Positions 1-11,497 of a DNA stretch of 64,000 nt are shown here, piece by piece. The translations under genes and the position numbers were made by a program. The DNA is from a virus (taxonomy: Duplodnaviria; Caudoviricetes). The notes beneath the pieces are model-generated. The model saw only the letters and a program-made list of their open reading frames with translations. It made no database searches and was not told the DNA's origin. Location: positions 1 to 64,000 of the IMG/VR virus record IMGVR_UViG_3300036783_000170; one strand, 5' to 3'. Position 1 is the first letter of the stretch. Every line of letters starts with the position of its first letter.

Positions 1-207
1 CTGGTCATCCTGGTCCTGTTCTGGGTCTACGAGCTGACCCACGTCGACCTGTGGCGGCTCGTGATGGGGACCCTCTTCGAGTTCCCAGTACCGCTGTGGG
101 TGCTGCCAGCGCTGGGGCTACTGGCGTCCATGCAGATGCTGGCCATCGTGGTGGGAGGGCGACGGGACGGCCGCCGGCTCACTCGGAGAGAGGACCACGC
201 GCTGTGA
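1..207 (+). CDS. partial hydrophobic/membrane protein (5' end outside window)
   Basis: Open frame LVILVLFWVYELTHV...REDHAL* ending at TGA 205-207, which overlaps the next GTG start. Confidence 0.5.
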   Translation: MVILVLFWVYELTHVDLWRLVMGTLFEFPVPLWVLPALGLLASMQMLAIVVGGRRDGRRLTRREDHAL

Positions 208-1057
208 GCCAGGACGACTACATCAGCGCCGACGAGGTGCTGCGGAGGATGACGCCTATGGCGCGGATAGAGCGGGCCTGGCCGATAGAGGAGAGAGCGG
301 CGATGGAGGTCGAGCGCGAGGACTACGACTACCTGGTCGAGTTGATCTACGAGATGAGTCCAGGAGAGGTCGTGGCGCCCGTCTTCCAGGCGCGCCCGGG
401 GTCTCCGAGGGTAGAGCTGCGGGTGGTGGCCCAGGCCGGCTACCGAAAGATCAGGGCCGCGCTCGTAAACGTACCAGCGACCCAGGTGCTGCGTAGGGGG
501 CGTCCTGACTGGTACTGGGAGGTCGATCGCGAGGGCGACGGCTACCAGGTGCTGGAGGTCTTCGACAGCCTGGGTGAGCAGCGCCGGCACGTGAGAGGCG
601 AGTACCCGCTGCTGATGCAGGCGATCTCTGAGTGCCTCGGGATCGTCTTCAGGGCGCTATGACCTGGGGGCTGAGCGAGCGGGTCCAGTGGGAGCACCAC
701 TACGCCAGCTACATGGAGGTCCGCGAGGGCCTGGTGTGGGCCTCGGCGTCGCTGGGCCCGGCGGGCTCCTCGTACTGGGTCTGCCCCGACGAGGGCGGCC
801 ACCCGGTGTGCGTGAAGGTCGCCCAGAAGGTCAGCCGCCGGTGGGTGCCGTGCCCGCCGTTCTCGATGGCTGACCCGTACACCTCGACGGGCTTCCACAC
901 GCTGGCGGGCCGGCAGCACCTGGTGCTCTCCCGGTCCACGATCGTGAGCTACTCCCCGGGCTGGGTGCTGCGCCGGCTGTCGGACGGCCGCCGTGAGGAG
1001 TTCGCCTCCTGGCGGGCGATGGTGGACTCGGTCCTGTCGGGGGACTGGACTCTCTAA
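204..1057 (+). CDS. two coupled hypothetical phage genes (204-662, 659-1057)
   Basis: GTGA/ATGA start-stop overlaps and GC3-rich codons; second stop TAA lies inside the promoter repeat. Confidence 0.65.
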
Positions 1058-1095
1058 GGATCCTTGTGGTACTATGGATCCACACCGCCAGAGAG
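1046..1095 (+). promoter_or_regulatory. repeated promoter/operator unit, copy 1
   Basis: TGGACT-N18-TACTAT with AAGGATCCTT (1056-1065) in the spacer, TG extension, GCCAGAGAG at 1087-1095. Confidence 0.8.
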
Positions 1096-1109
1096 CCCCG
1101 GAGGATCTG

Positions 1110-2041
1110 ATGACCGCCATGATCACCACCATCAAGGCCACCAACCTCTCTGGTGTATTCGCCCTCGCCGACGGCGCGATCATCCTGCGGGTCTCGGTCC
1201 AGCGTCGGTACGTATACGTGAAGGCCGTCAAGGCCGGTCGCCCCGTACGTCGTCGTTACACCTGGGACCAGATGGTCCGCGTCGAGGTCTGACCAGGTCT
1301 TTTTCCTCTAAGGATCCTTGTGGTACTCTAGAGACACACCGCCAGAGAGCAGCCCCGGAGGGCATCATGAGCAACTACATCATCCGGATCGCCCACTTCT
1401 ACGGGCCGTCCGAGCCGGTATACAAGAACACTTCCTTCAAGACGTACATGGACGCCGTACGGGCGACCACCAGGCTCGACCAGAAGAAGAGCTATGAGAT
1501 CTGGCCCCTCGCCGTCGACCCCGCTGGCTGCGCCTGCACGGAGTGCCTGACCGGCGAGTACGTCCCGCTCGACCAGGCCGATCGCCAGCACGTCGCCGAC
1601 ATGCTGCTCGGCAAGATCGGCAACCACTGCTCCGTCCCGGCGGAGATCGAGGTCACCGTCGGCATCGGCAGCCAGGTATTCACCCTCACCACCGAGCAGA
1701 CCAGCTCGGTCCTCAGTATCTGAGCACTAGTCACCACTCAACCCATGACACTCAAGGAGACCACCATGACCGACCGCGCCGAACAGACCCTCGAGCAGTT
1801 CCAGGCCGACCGCCTGCGCCAGAGCATCGTCAATCGAGCGGAGGCACTCCGTACGCTGGCCGACCGGCTGGACGGCATCGCCAACGGCGTCGACCACGTA
1901 GGCAAGCCCGGCTTCCCGTCCTACGGCTCGCTGGCTGTCGGGGTGGTGCACGAGCTGACGTGGGGCGTCGCCAACGCGAACGTCGACCACGTGGTCCAGG
2001 CCGCCGTGGACGCCGACCAGGCCCGCGCTGCCGGCGAGTAA
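1110..2041 (+). CDS. three small hypothetical proteins (1110-1292, 1367-1723, 1766-2041)
   Basis: Each preceded by a GGAG-type RBS; starts corrected from the ORF track. Confidence 0.65.
1300..1349 (+). promoter_or_regulatory. repeated promoter/operator unit, copy 2
   Basis: AAGGATCCTT 1310-1319, TGGTACTCT 1321-1329, GCCAGAGAG 1341-1349. Confidence 0.8.
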
Positions 2042-2256
2042 TCCTCCTGACGACCTGAGTCGCGCTCAGCACGCCTGAGCGCGGCCCTGGACGCCAGAGA
2101 GGAGAGGAGGGGGCATGGACAAGGGCAGCGACGGCAGCGGCTGGGGCTAGGTCCACCACGAGCCCGAGGTCAGGTCACCTGATCTCGGGCTCTCTACTCA
2201 CGAGAGGAGTCGACCATGTCGACCAGCGAGCAGTATCTGACGCCGGGGGAATGCGC

Positions 2257-4628
2257 GTGACCCAGTGGCGGTACCGCGACTTCGAGGCCCTCGTGTACGG
2301 GGCTGAGGGAGAGCCTGTGGGCCGCGTGCCCATCCCCGGGTGTCTCTCGCCCCACCACTGCGTCGAGGCCGTCCAGTACGCCCTGGGCCTGCTCTCGGAG
2401 GACTACCCCCGCGAGCGCCTGTACGCCGAGGTGCGCTGGGTGGACTACCCGGACCGCGAGCCCGTCAGGGTGGACCTGCCAGATCAGTAGACGCTCCAAG
2501 GATCCTTATGGTATCCTGGAGTCTCACCCGCCGGAGACACAGGGAGCAAGCCATGGACATCGAGTCGATCGAGCAGCCCGAGGTCTCCGGCCACCACGTC
2601 ACCAGTGACGCCCTGATCTTCTGCCCAGTCGCCCAAGACTTCGGGCGACCACGGACCGACCCGTGGGATGGCGCGACCTGCGTCAACTGCGGCGAGGTAG
2701 TGGCCCCGCTCATCGAGTGGCTGGCCGACCAGACATGAGCACGTCGAGTATCGAGGAGCAAGTCATGAGCCGGAGCCGTAAGACCTACCGCGTCACCGTC
2801 AAGAGCGCAGACGGTCAGTCATTCACCACCGCCGAGCGTGTCAGTCAGGTCGCCGCCTACAACGAGGTGTACGCCCCAGTGAACGTCCAGCACGGCGCCT
2901 CCGCCGAGGTCTGGGAGGACGCGGGCGACGGCTGTGGGTACCGCCTCTTCGAGCGCATCGAGTACTGAGGAGCGCGCCATGATCAAGCTATCCGCACCAC
3001 AGGCCCGAGCCCTGCGAGCCGCCTACGACGGCGCGCTCGTCCAGCTGTACATCGGCGACGTGATCCTCTTGACCCTCGGTAGGCACGGCTCGGTCATCGA
3101 GAGCCGCGTACCTCGCTCGACCGTCGAGTCGTTGCTCGAGCAGGGGCTGGTCGAGCGCACCGAGACCCCGTCCCCGAGGTACGCGGGCACCATGATCTAC
3201 GCGACGCGAGCCGGCGGGGCCCGGCTCGGGGAAGCCGGCTACTGACATGAGCCAGCGAGTGCGCAACCTGAGCACCGGCGAGGTCGGCACCGTCGTGCGC
3301 GGCCCGTACACCAAGTACCGCGCCGAGTGGTTCGACGTGGTGTTCCCCAACCCGGAGACCGGGACCGGTGGACGCTACAGCCGCCGCGTCGAGGCCCGCA
3401 ACGTAGAGCCCGTAGAGGAGGGCTGATGACCAAGATCTACCTCGCCGTCCACGATGCGGACGACGGGATGAGCCCCTGTCACGCGTTCACTCGTCGGGAG
3501 GACGCGGAGGCGTACGAGGACGCCAACGACGTGCTGGTGTTCGAGCTGCACGACGCGCCGGTGGAGAAGCGGGACTGGTACGTGATGACCAGTACCACCT
3601 ACTACGACGAGCCCTGGTCCTGGCGCAAGGACTACCTCGGCGACCCCGACGCGTTGGAGTCCAGGTTGGAGTCGCACCGTCTGTACCCGGTCCGACTGGT
3701 CGTTGAGGGCTGGGACCGCGACCAGGTCATCCAGACCTACCTAAAGCTGGCGGCCGAGCACGGCCTGCCCGGCGGATACCCAGCGGAGGGCTGAGGTGTC
3801 CAAGCTGAGTCGGCTAGAGGACGAGATCGAGTCACTACAGGGCACGTACGACGACACATACGACTACCTGAATAAGTTGGTGAACACCGTCATCCGCGAG
3901 CACGACGAGCACCATCCTGAGGCGTTGACTTGGTGCCAGCACGAGTCCTGCCAGCTCGCCCGTGACCTGTGTGATTACCGAGGAGGCTACTGATGGAGAT
4001 CCACGAGCAGCCGGTCCGGTACGCCGTCTCCGCCGTGCCGCTGGAGTGGCTGGGCAGCCGTCACTTCACCGTCCACGTCCAGTGCCTGCGCTCCAACGAG
4101 TGGGTCGTGGAGCGCTACGGCGAGTTCCTCACACCCGCCGGCCAGTGGACCTTCGTCACCGCCGAGCGCGGGAAGTTCGAGCTGGAGGAGGCCCTGGAGA
4201 TGGCCCGCGAGGCCGCCCCGCACCTGACCGTCAACGAGTACACCGTCGCCGACGCCCTGACCAAGGGGTCGGAGTGGTACTGAGGAGATCATAAGATGTC
4301 AGTCGAGGGACGCGACTACCACTACGGCCCGCACCCTGCGGGCGGCCCGACCAAGCACGAGGGGTCGCGGGCGGCGTGCTTCTACCCCGACTGCGACCTG
4401 ACCCACCGCGAGGTCTCCGAGCACGTCCGTCGGTACCTGCGTGAGCACCACGCCCTCTCGATCGTGTCGGTCGTCCACACCGGCTGGCACAACGGCTCCC
4501 GGCGCACGGTCATCTACCCCCGCTGGGAGCGCGCGAGAGAGCTGGAGGCCCTCGTACAAGACGGCTCGCTTAAGGACCTGTCCCGGGTCGTGGAGTGGGA
4601 GGACGGCCACGTGGTCGTGTGGCACTGA
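2257..4628 (+). CDS. cluster of small hypothetical proteins (2257-2490, 2553-2738, ~2765-2968, 2979-3245, 3247-3426, 3426-3794, 3796-3993, 3993-4283, 4296-4628)
   Basis: Head-to-tail, often translationally coupled ORFs with phage-like codon usage; no recognisable families. Confidence 0.6.
2488..2538 (+). promoter_or_regulatory. repeated promoter/operator unit
   Basis: TAGACG-N18-TATCCT, AAGGATCCTT 2498-2507, GCCGGAGAC 2530-2538. Confidence 0.75.
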
Positions 4629-4660
4629 TGGCCCATCGATCCCTACCCGAGGAGAAGCAC

Positions 4661-5203
4661 GTGCACCGACTGACCGCGTCCATCTCGCTGATCTCGCTGT
4701 CGGCCCTCGCGCTGGCCGCGTGCGGATACGTGAGCCCGCCCGGGCCGTCGACGGGTACGACGGCTACCCCGCGCCCGTCCGTGGCCCCCACGGCCGGCTG
4801 CCGGGTCCGTGGCGTGCTGCCCGACCCCGCTTGCACTCCCGGGGCGGCGAACCCCGCCGTCACGCAGGCGAACGTGCACCAGACGATCTGCGTCAAGGGC
4901 TGGACCGCGACGGTCCGGCCGCCGGTCAGCTACACGGCGCCGCTAAAGGTCAGGTCGATCCGCGCGTACGGGTACGTGGACACCGACCCCAGGCACTACG
5001 AGTTCGACCACCTGATCCCGCTGGAGGTGGGCGGCGACCCCACAGCCCCGGCGAACCTGTGGGCCGAGCCCACGCCGACCCCGAACCCCAAGGACAGGGT
5101 CGAGGGCGCGCTGCGGCAGAGGGTGTGCTCGGGGCGCACGACACTGCGCGCCGCCCAGGCGGCGATCGCCATCGACTGGACGACGGCGCTCAGCAAGACG
5201 TAG
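4661..5203 (+). CDS. lipoprotein with HNH-like (His-Me finger) domain
   Basis: Hydrophobic signal ending in lipobox LAAC, Pro/Thr linker, motif YEFDHLIPLEVGG...NLW.EP...NPKD.VE; RBS AGGAG before GTG 4661. Confidence 0.7.
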   Translation: MHRLTASISLISLSALALAACGYVSPPGPSTGTTATPRPSVAPTAGCRVRGVLPDPACTPGAANPAVTQANVHQTICVKGWTATVRPPVSYTAPLKVRSIRAYGYVDTDPRHYEFDHLIPLEVGGDPTAPANLWAEPTPTPNPKDRVEGALRQRVCSGRTTLRAAQAAIAIDWTTALSKT

Positions 5204-5214
5204 CGCTCGGGGCC

Positions 5215-5261
5215 TAGATCCTATAAGGATCCTTATGCTACACTGACGGGGCCAGGGAGAG
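5215..5261 (+). promoter_or_regulatory. repeated promoter/operator unit
   Basis: TAGATC-N18-TACACT, TAAGGATCCTTA 5224-5235, GCCAGGGAGAG 5251-5261. Confidence 0.75.
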
Positions 5262-5285
5262 CATCAGACGATCTGAGGAGCGCGC

Positions 5286-8200
5286 ATGGCCGCTATCACC
5301 ATCAAGGCGCCGGGCAGGTGCTCGGTCCGCTACTACTGCGAGCGCCTGCACACCCCCGACTCGGGCGTCCTCCACGACTCCGGCGTCCGCACCCCGCAAC
5401 GCGCCAGGTGCCGGTACTGCGGCGGGGCCTTCGTCGTGGAGCGCGGCCACTGGGGCGTCTTCTCGCGCGGCGTCGACCACCGGAGGGACGCGGCGCTGTT
5501 CCTGCACCCCCGCCAGGTGATCGCCGAGCGCATGATCGCCGAGACCGGCCGCGACGACCTGGTGGCCCGCTGGGTCGAGGCCGAGGACGCGTGATGGACG
5601 ACTACTACTCGCCGACCGAGGCCCAGCTCGCCAAAGACTGGGCCGAGCGCCGCGTCGACTTCGGCGGCTACAAGCACTACGAGTTCTTCGAGCCCCGCCA
5701 CATAGACTTCGGCCGCAAGCTCCCCTCGCGTCCGGAGCCCGCTGGCGACCAGTGCCGGTGCCCGTCCTGCCAGACCCAGGGGTGGCTCGCCCAGTCGCCG
5801 TGCTGCCGGCTCTGGCGCGCCTGCTGCAGTGAGTGCGGCGGCACCCGGGTCGTGGTCGAGCACCTCGCCCCCGGCCGCTGGCGGAACGTCCCGTGCGACC
5901 TGTGCCAGGAGGAGTGGACACAGGCGGTGCGGTTCTTCCGCGACGCACTGCGTAGCCCCCGCCTGACCGCCGAGAGGCTGCGGGACGGCTCGTACGGCAG
6001 CTGATGCTATGTCTCTAAGGATCCTTGTGATACCATGGAGGCTCACCGCCAGGGACGAGAGGTCGGACGAGATGAAGAGCATCAAGGGCATCCCGCGCCA
6101 GTACCGTTGCCAGCTCTGTGGCCGCAAGGGGGCCTCGGGGTTCACCTACAGCATCAGGCTCGGAGCGCACACCTGCAAGGCGTCGAGGGCGTGCTCCCTC
6201 CGCCAGGCAGCGAAGTGAGCTGAGATGGCACGCAAGAAGATCGACCTGGACATGCTCGCCAACGACGTGGCCGACATGATGGACCGCTTTGGCTACCTCG
6301 ACGACCTGCCCAAGGTGTCCGAGGAGGACATCCGACCACTGCTGGACGGCTTCGTAGCCCAGCTCCGGGAGGCCAACGCGCGCAAACTCGTCGTGATCGA
6401 GGAGGCGGGATGAGCCTCCGCCCGCACCCAGGCAACGCGGACCAGCGAGCGAGCCGCGAGGAGCGCAAGGACAACGCGTGGTTCGTCCTGTGCGACGGCA
6501 CGGACTGCCAGACGAGCCTGGAGGTCAAGGTCCGGATCCCGGTGCTGGCCTTCTACGAGGCCACCTTACACAACGGCTGGCGGCCGGGAGCCAGGTCCAA
6601 GCCGGGCGTGTACTGCCCCGCCTGCGTCGAGGTCGGGGTGGACCAGCCATGAGCAAGTCACTGCAGCGCGCGCGGTTCGCCACCGGGCTCGTCGCGTCCG
6701 TCGTGCTCGCCTGGGTGGTCCTGGGCGGCTTCCAGGCGACGTGGGGGCTCTCCCACCTGTTCTGCCAGGTCGCGCTCGGCGCGGGGGCGCTCAGCCTCGC
6801 GGCGTGGGGCGCGCTGTACCTGGTGGCCCGACTCATGCACGAGGAGGACTGATGTCGATCCTTCACCTATCGTACGTATCTTGTGACAGTTGCGGTCGAG
6901 TGTCCGAGTGGGCCGAACACCACCAGGAGGCCCGCGCCGAGGCCGCGCACGACGGTGGCGTCTACGTCGAGGTCGCCTCCCTCGTCGACTCCTTCCATCC
7001 ACTGAAGTCCAGATCGGGATCACGCGAGGTCACGCCGAAGATGGTCGACCTCTGCCGGAAGTGCTGGCTCGGACTGAGGAAGCCAGAGAGATCACAAGAT
7101 CTGGAGGGTCAGGCATGATGCCGAGCGCCGACGGCGCCATCTGGTGCTGCAAGCCCAGCGTGTACCGGCTCCGCGCCGGCCACTGGGTCACCGACTCGAT
7201 GGGCGGCACCGCCGCGCACCCCACGCTGGGGATGCAGCACCGGCAGGCGTTCGAGAGCTGGGACGCCGCGATGTCGCAGGCGCTGGACATCGCCGCCGAC
7301 CGGCACGAGCAGAACCAGGCCGCGCTCACCTACTACCTCCGCCAGTACGAGTACGCGCTAGCTCTACACCCGCTGGACCTAGGCGAGCCAGAGGGCGAGC
7401 GGGGCGGACGCGAAGGCGAGCACCACGCTCCCCCAGAACATGGCGCCCGCGAGCCATCCGCCTACCGCGAAGGCCAGCACTACTAGCCCCACCACGGCGG
7501 CTGCGGAGACGAGGCCGGCTAGCGCGTACGTGAGCACCAGCGACCAGGCGCTCGGGAACTTCTCTTCATCGGCGATATCCACCCAGTAACCCATGAGTCA
7601 CAGTATAGGAGACAGCATGAGCGACAGCCCCGATCGACCGCTGGTCGTCCAGTCGGTCGACCTGGAGTCGGTGCGCCGGCTCGTCGGCACCGAGCTGAAG
7701 AACGCGCCGGGCGCCACCATCGTGGACGCGGAGCTGGACGACGACGGCGTGACCATCACCGTCGAGGTCCCCGACGCGGCTTGGCGACGACTCGGCTTGA
7801 GCGGCAGGGCGTCGGGGATCTCGATCCAGCACGCACCTCGCGATCAGGTCCCCTACCGCGCGGACTACGAGTCCCCGTGGTCGGCGGCTCTCTGGCCGGA
7901 CCCGGCTCATGAGTAGGGACCTGGATCGCGCCGACGACGGCCGCAGGGACTCGCCGGTGCAGGCGTGGGACGAGAAGTACCCGGACGGCTGCATCGTGAG
8001 TAGCGACCTCCTCGGACCCAGGTGGCCGCAGGAGGGGCTCTACCAGCGCCAGCTGGACACGTGGGTGCCGGTGGCGCGGGATGAGCAGGGGCTCTGGCCG
8101 TGCGTGCGCTGCGGGGTCGGGTCCTGGTGGTGCATACGACGCCAACCACGCGCCTGCTGCACATACTGCGTACGTGGGTCCACCCACCAGGACGAGGCGT

Positions 8201-8507
8201 GGGGCATCGCGCCCGGGCGCCCGTCGCAGGCCGACGTACAGAAGCTCGCGCTGCTGGAGCAGGTCGCCGAGGACGACGTGCGCAGGCTGGCGGCGATGTC
8301 GCGCGAGGAGATAGAGGAGCAGCTGTGGCCGAGGTGACGGTGACCGTCCGCTGGGACGGCCCCGAGGGCCGAGCGGAGCAGGACCGAGACCTGGTCCGGC
8401 GGATGCTGCGCGGCCAGGCGGTCCGGGCCCTGTACCTGGTGGAGGGCACCGGGTGCCTGGTGATCGTGGACGGCCAGTCTGCCTACCCCGAGCCGGGCGC
8501 CGGGTAG
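5286..8507 (+). CDS. cluster of small, often Cys-rich hypothetical proteins (5286-5594, 5594-6004, 6072-6218, 6225-6413, 6410-6652, 6649-6852, 6852-7118, 7115-7486, 7617-7916, 7909-8337, 8334-8507)
   Basis: Coupled ORFs; several CxxC pairs; 6649-6852 has two hydrophobic segments. Confidence 0.6.
6007..6056 (+). promoter_or_regulatory. repeated promoter/operator unit
   Basis: AAGGATCCTT 6017-6026, TGATACCAT 6028-6036, GCCAGGGAC 6048-6056. Confidence 0.75.
7379..7594 (-). CDS. small two-TM membrane protein (antisense to the cluster)
   Basis: 71 aa with two long hydrophobic stretches; fills the gap between + strand genes. Confidence 0.45.
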   Translation of the reverse strand: MGYWVDIADEEKFPSAWSLVLTYALAGLVSAAAVVGLVVLAFAVGGWLAGAMFWGSVVLAFASAPLALWLA

Positions 8508-8510
8508 GGG

Positions 8511-8556
8511 TTGACTCTCTAAGGATCCTTGTACTACTATGGAGTCAGCCAGAGAG
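8511..8556 (+). promoter_or_regulatory. repeated promoter/operator unit with near-consensus sigma70-type boxes
   Basis: TTGACT(8511)-N18-TACTAT(8535), AAGGATCCTT 8521-8530, GCCAGAGAG 8548-8556. Confidence 0.85.
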
Positions 8557-8579
8557 ACCGACTCCCCGAGGAGCCAGAG

Positions 8580-9052
8580 ATGAGCAAGACCGACCGCCGC
8601 AAGAGCACCTACCCCGTCGAGCGCCCCAGCCGCCGCGACATCAGCCTCTACGGCACCCGCCCCGTCCGCCAGGCCGTCCGCCTCGCGACCCGCAAGATCG
8701 TGGTCGACATGGACCTCGCCGACCTGGTCGACGTGCCCACCGACCAGCACCGCCGGGGCGTCCTCTGGTACTGGATGTGATGGCGATGATCAACTTCTTG
8801 TCACCAAGTGAGAGCGTCGAACGCGTACTGGAAGAGAACGAGTACAGGGTCGAGGTCTCTTCTGCCGAGTTCAACCTCAATGAGCAGGCGTGGGAGGTAG
8901 TCCTCTTCCCACTCTCACTCACAGGTCAGACCGACGACGACGTCGAGGGGGTCATCTCCACCCTCCGCCAGCAGTTCAGTGATGACAACGTGAAGATCAA
9001 CAACAGCCTCATGGGTCTCGTGACGATCTCAGTGATCTTCCCCGAAGACTGA
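8580..9052 (+). CDS. two hypothetical proteins (8580-8780, 8780-9052)
   Basis: Coupled TGATG overlap, downstream of the promoter repeat. Confidence 0.6.
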
Positions 9053-9078
9053 CCCGCCAGAGCTAGCACAGCACAGAG

Positions 9079-9109
9079 ACACCCCCGGCGCTAAGACCGC
9101 CGGGGGTGT
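9079..9109 (+). terminator. GC-rich hairpin terminator
   Basis: ACACCCCCGGCG-ctaagac-CGCCGGGGGTGT perfect inverted repeat after a stop codon. Confidence 0.65.
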
Positions 9110-9114
9110 CGCAT

Positions 9115-9160
9115 GTTGCGCTCCAAGGATCCTTGGAGTAAGATCGACAAGGCCGGAGAG
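9115..9160 (+). promoter_or_regulatory. repeated promoter/operator unit with an 18-bp perfect palindrome
   Basis: CTCCAAGGATCCTTGGAG 9121-9138, TAAGAT 9139-9144, GCCGGAGAG 9152-9160. Confidence 0.8.
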
Positions 9161-9184
9161 ATTCTTACACACAGGAGGACAGAT

Positions 9185-9994
9185 ATGACAGACGGCAAGA
9201 TCAAGGTCTCCGTCAAGACAGTCACGCCCCGGATGGCGCAGCAGCTCTTGGACGCCAACGACCACAACCGTCGGGTGCGCCCGCACCTGGTGGACGAGTA
9301 CGCCCGCGACATGAGTGCCGGCCGCTGGGACACCAACGGCGAGACGATCAAGATATCTGACGAGGGGGTCCTGCTCGACGGGCAGCACCGGCTCGCGGCG
9401 GTCGTCAAGGCCGACGTGAGCGTCGAGATGGTCGTCGTGGAGAACCTGCCCGAGGTCATGCAGGAGACCGTCGACACCGGCGCCAAGCGGATGACATCTG
9501 ACGTGCTCACCCTGCGCGGCGAGAGCAACACGCCCATCCTCGCGGCCATCGCCAAGAAGGTGATGATCTTCGTCCGCACCGGCAATAAGGACGTGCAGGT
9601 CCCGTACAACAAGCCCACCACCATCGAGGTGGCCGACGCCATCGACAAGTACCCCATGCTGCGGGAGGCGACAGCCTTCGCGATGTCCCACCGCAACACG
9701 CTCCCCATCGGGCCATCCGTGCTGGGCTTCGCCTTCTGGGCGTGCTCCATGCGGGACGAGAGGGACGCGGCCGAGTTCTTCGACCAGCTCGTCACCGGCT
9801 CCGGCCTGGAGACCGGCGACCCCTCGCTCACGCTGCGGAACAAGTTGATCGAGAAGCGCAGTCGCACCCGTGGCGGCCTGGACGAGCGCGAGGTGCTCGC
9901 GATGGTGTTCCGCGCCTGGAACGTGTACCGCAAGGGCGGCAAGGTCACCATCCTGCGGTTCGGCAAGCACGAGTCCTTCCCGATCCCGAAGTAG
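9185..9994 (+). CDS. ParB/Srx-like N-terminal domain protein
   Basis: NRRV...YARDM..G.W..NGETIKI...G.LLDGQHRLAAV motif typical of phage ParB-like proteins; RBS AGGAGG. Confidence 0.7.
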   Translation: MTDGKIKVSVKTVTPRMAQQLLDANDHNRRVRPHLVDEYARDMSAGRWDTNGETIKISDEGVLLDGQHRLAAVVKADVSVEMVVVENLPEVMQETVDTGAKRMTSDVLTLRGESNTPILAAIAKKVMIFVRTGNKDVQVPYNKPTTIEVADAIDKYPMLREATAFAMSHRNTLPIGPSVLGFAFWACSMRDERDAAEFFDQLVTGSGLETGDPSLTLRNKLIEKRSRTRGGLDEREVLAMVFRAWNVYRKGGKVTILRFGKHESFPIPK

Positions 9995-10236
9995 GAGAGG
10001 CATGAAGATCTACATCGACACAGACGACCGGTGGGTCGGCGTGTACAAGGGCTCGCACCACTGGTACCTGTGCCTGCTGCCCACCGTCGTGATCCGGTGG
10101 GTCCGCGTGCCCCGCTGGAAGGGCTGAGGGTGAGACCGCAGGTGTGGCCGTACGTGGCGGTCGCGGTCCTGCTGCTCATCGCGGTCGTCGGCCTGCTGGC
10201 CGGCGGCATCTGACCGACCGATAAGGAGACCGAGAG

Positions 10237-10569
10237 ATGATCAAGGAGAGAAGGCTCCGCACCATCGCGGATATGACGCGCCTGGAGCACAGGATCTGGT
10301 CGTACACCGCGATCGTGGACGACAACGAGTCCTGCTGGCAGTGGGAGGGGGCGACGACTCCGTACGGCGACCCCATCACGTCCTGGAAGAGCGTGGACGG
10401 GCGGCCGGCCACCGACGAGGAGGCGGTGTTCAAGGGCGCCGGCAAGACGCAGAGCTACCAGGTGCGCCGGCTGCTGCTGTGGCTGATGCACGGGGAGTGG
10501 CAGCGGGCCGGCGACACGTGCGACAACCCGTCGTGCGTGCGGCCGAGGCACCTGCGCCCCCGCGACTAG
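10237..10569 (+). CDS. HNH-type (His-Cys box-like) protein, possibly degenerate
   Basis: CWQWEG...QVRRLL..L.HG...TCDNPSCVRPRHL. Confidence 0.6.
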   Translation: MIKERRLRTIADMTRLEHRIWSYTAIVDDNESCWQWEGATTPYGDPITSWKSVDGRPATDEEAVFKGAGKTQSYQVRRLLLWLMHGEWQRAGDTCDNPSCVRPRHLRPRD

Positions 10570-10571
10570 TA

Positions 10572-10616
10572 GTGATCTTCTAAGGATCCTTGATATGCTC
10601 CCTCGTAGCCAGAGAG
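10572..10616 (+). promoter_or_regulatory. repeated promoter/operator unit
   Basis: AAGGATCCTT 10582-10591, TATGCT, GCCAGAGAG 10608-10616. Confidence 0.7.
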
Positions 10617-10627
10617 ACGGAGGCCCC

Positions 10628-11497
10628 ATGGAAGGCCACTACTGCCCCGCGTGCGGGGAGGACGACCAGCGGGACCGGCTCGTGGTCGCGGGCACCTGGA
10701 TCTGCGGCACCTGCTTCGAGGTCCACCCCCGCGAGCCCGACCTGGAGCCGGCGTCGTGACCTCGCCCGACTACCCGTACACCATCTGGTCCGAGCCCTAC
10801 CCGGGCGCCCAGCCCGAGCAGCTGGACCGGGACGGGCTGCGGTTCGTGGGCGAGTACTCGCGCCGCGAGCCCGCCCAGGCCGAGGCGCTAGAGCGCGCCC
10901 GCCTGTACCGGGTCCGGCACGTCGTGAGGGACGAGCTGGGCATGACCATCAGCGAGCACCTACCCCCAGAGGAGAGCGAGTGAGCACCCTGTACCCGTAC
11001 CGGGTCGTGCGGCCGGGCGACGAGGACGCGCCGTCCACGATCGTCAGCATCCAGCGCACCGAGCGCGAGGCCCGCGAGCAGGCCGACCGGCGCACCCGAG
11101 CCACCCGCGTCGAGCACTACGTGCTGGATAGCTGCGGGCGCCGGTCCTACACCGCAGGGCTGGTGGCGTCGTGAGGTACCGAGTCGAGCGCCGCTCTCCC
11201 GACGCCCGCGCCACCGTCAATGAGTCAGACACGTGGGCCGAGGCGGTAGAGAGTGCCCGACGGGTCGACGCTGCCATCGTCAGCTCAGACCCCGTCGTGG
11301 TCGTAGACGTGCCGACGGGCGCTGTCGTATACGACACGCACGACGCACGTAACCCGGTAGAGGTAGGGATCGACCGCGTGGCGTGGATCGCCAAGGGCGA
11401 CCAGTACTTCGCGCAGGCCGAGGCCGGTGACGGCCGGGAGTGGGTCATGGCCAACGCCATGCTGGCCGCCGCCGCGTACGCCAGGGCCGCGCTGTGA
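10628..11497 (+). CDS. small hypothetical proteins (10628-10759, 10756-10983, 10980-11174, 11171-11497)
   Basis: GTGA-coupled ORFs downstream of the promoter repeat. Confidence 0.55.
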
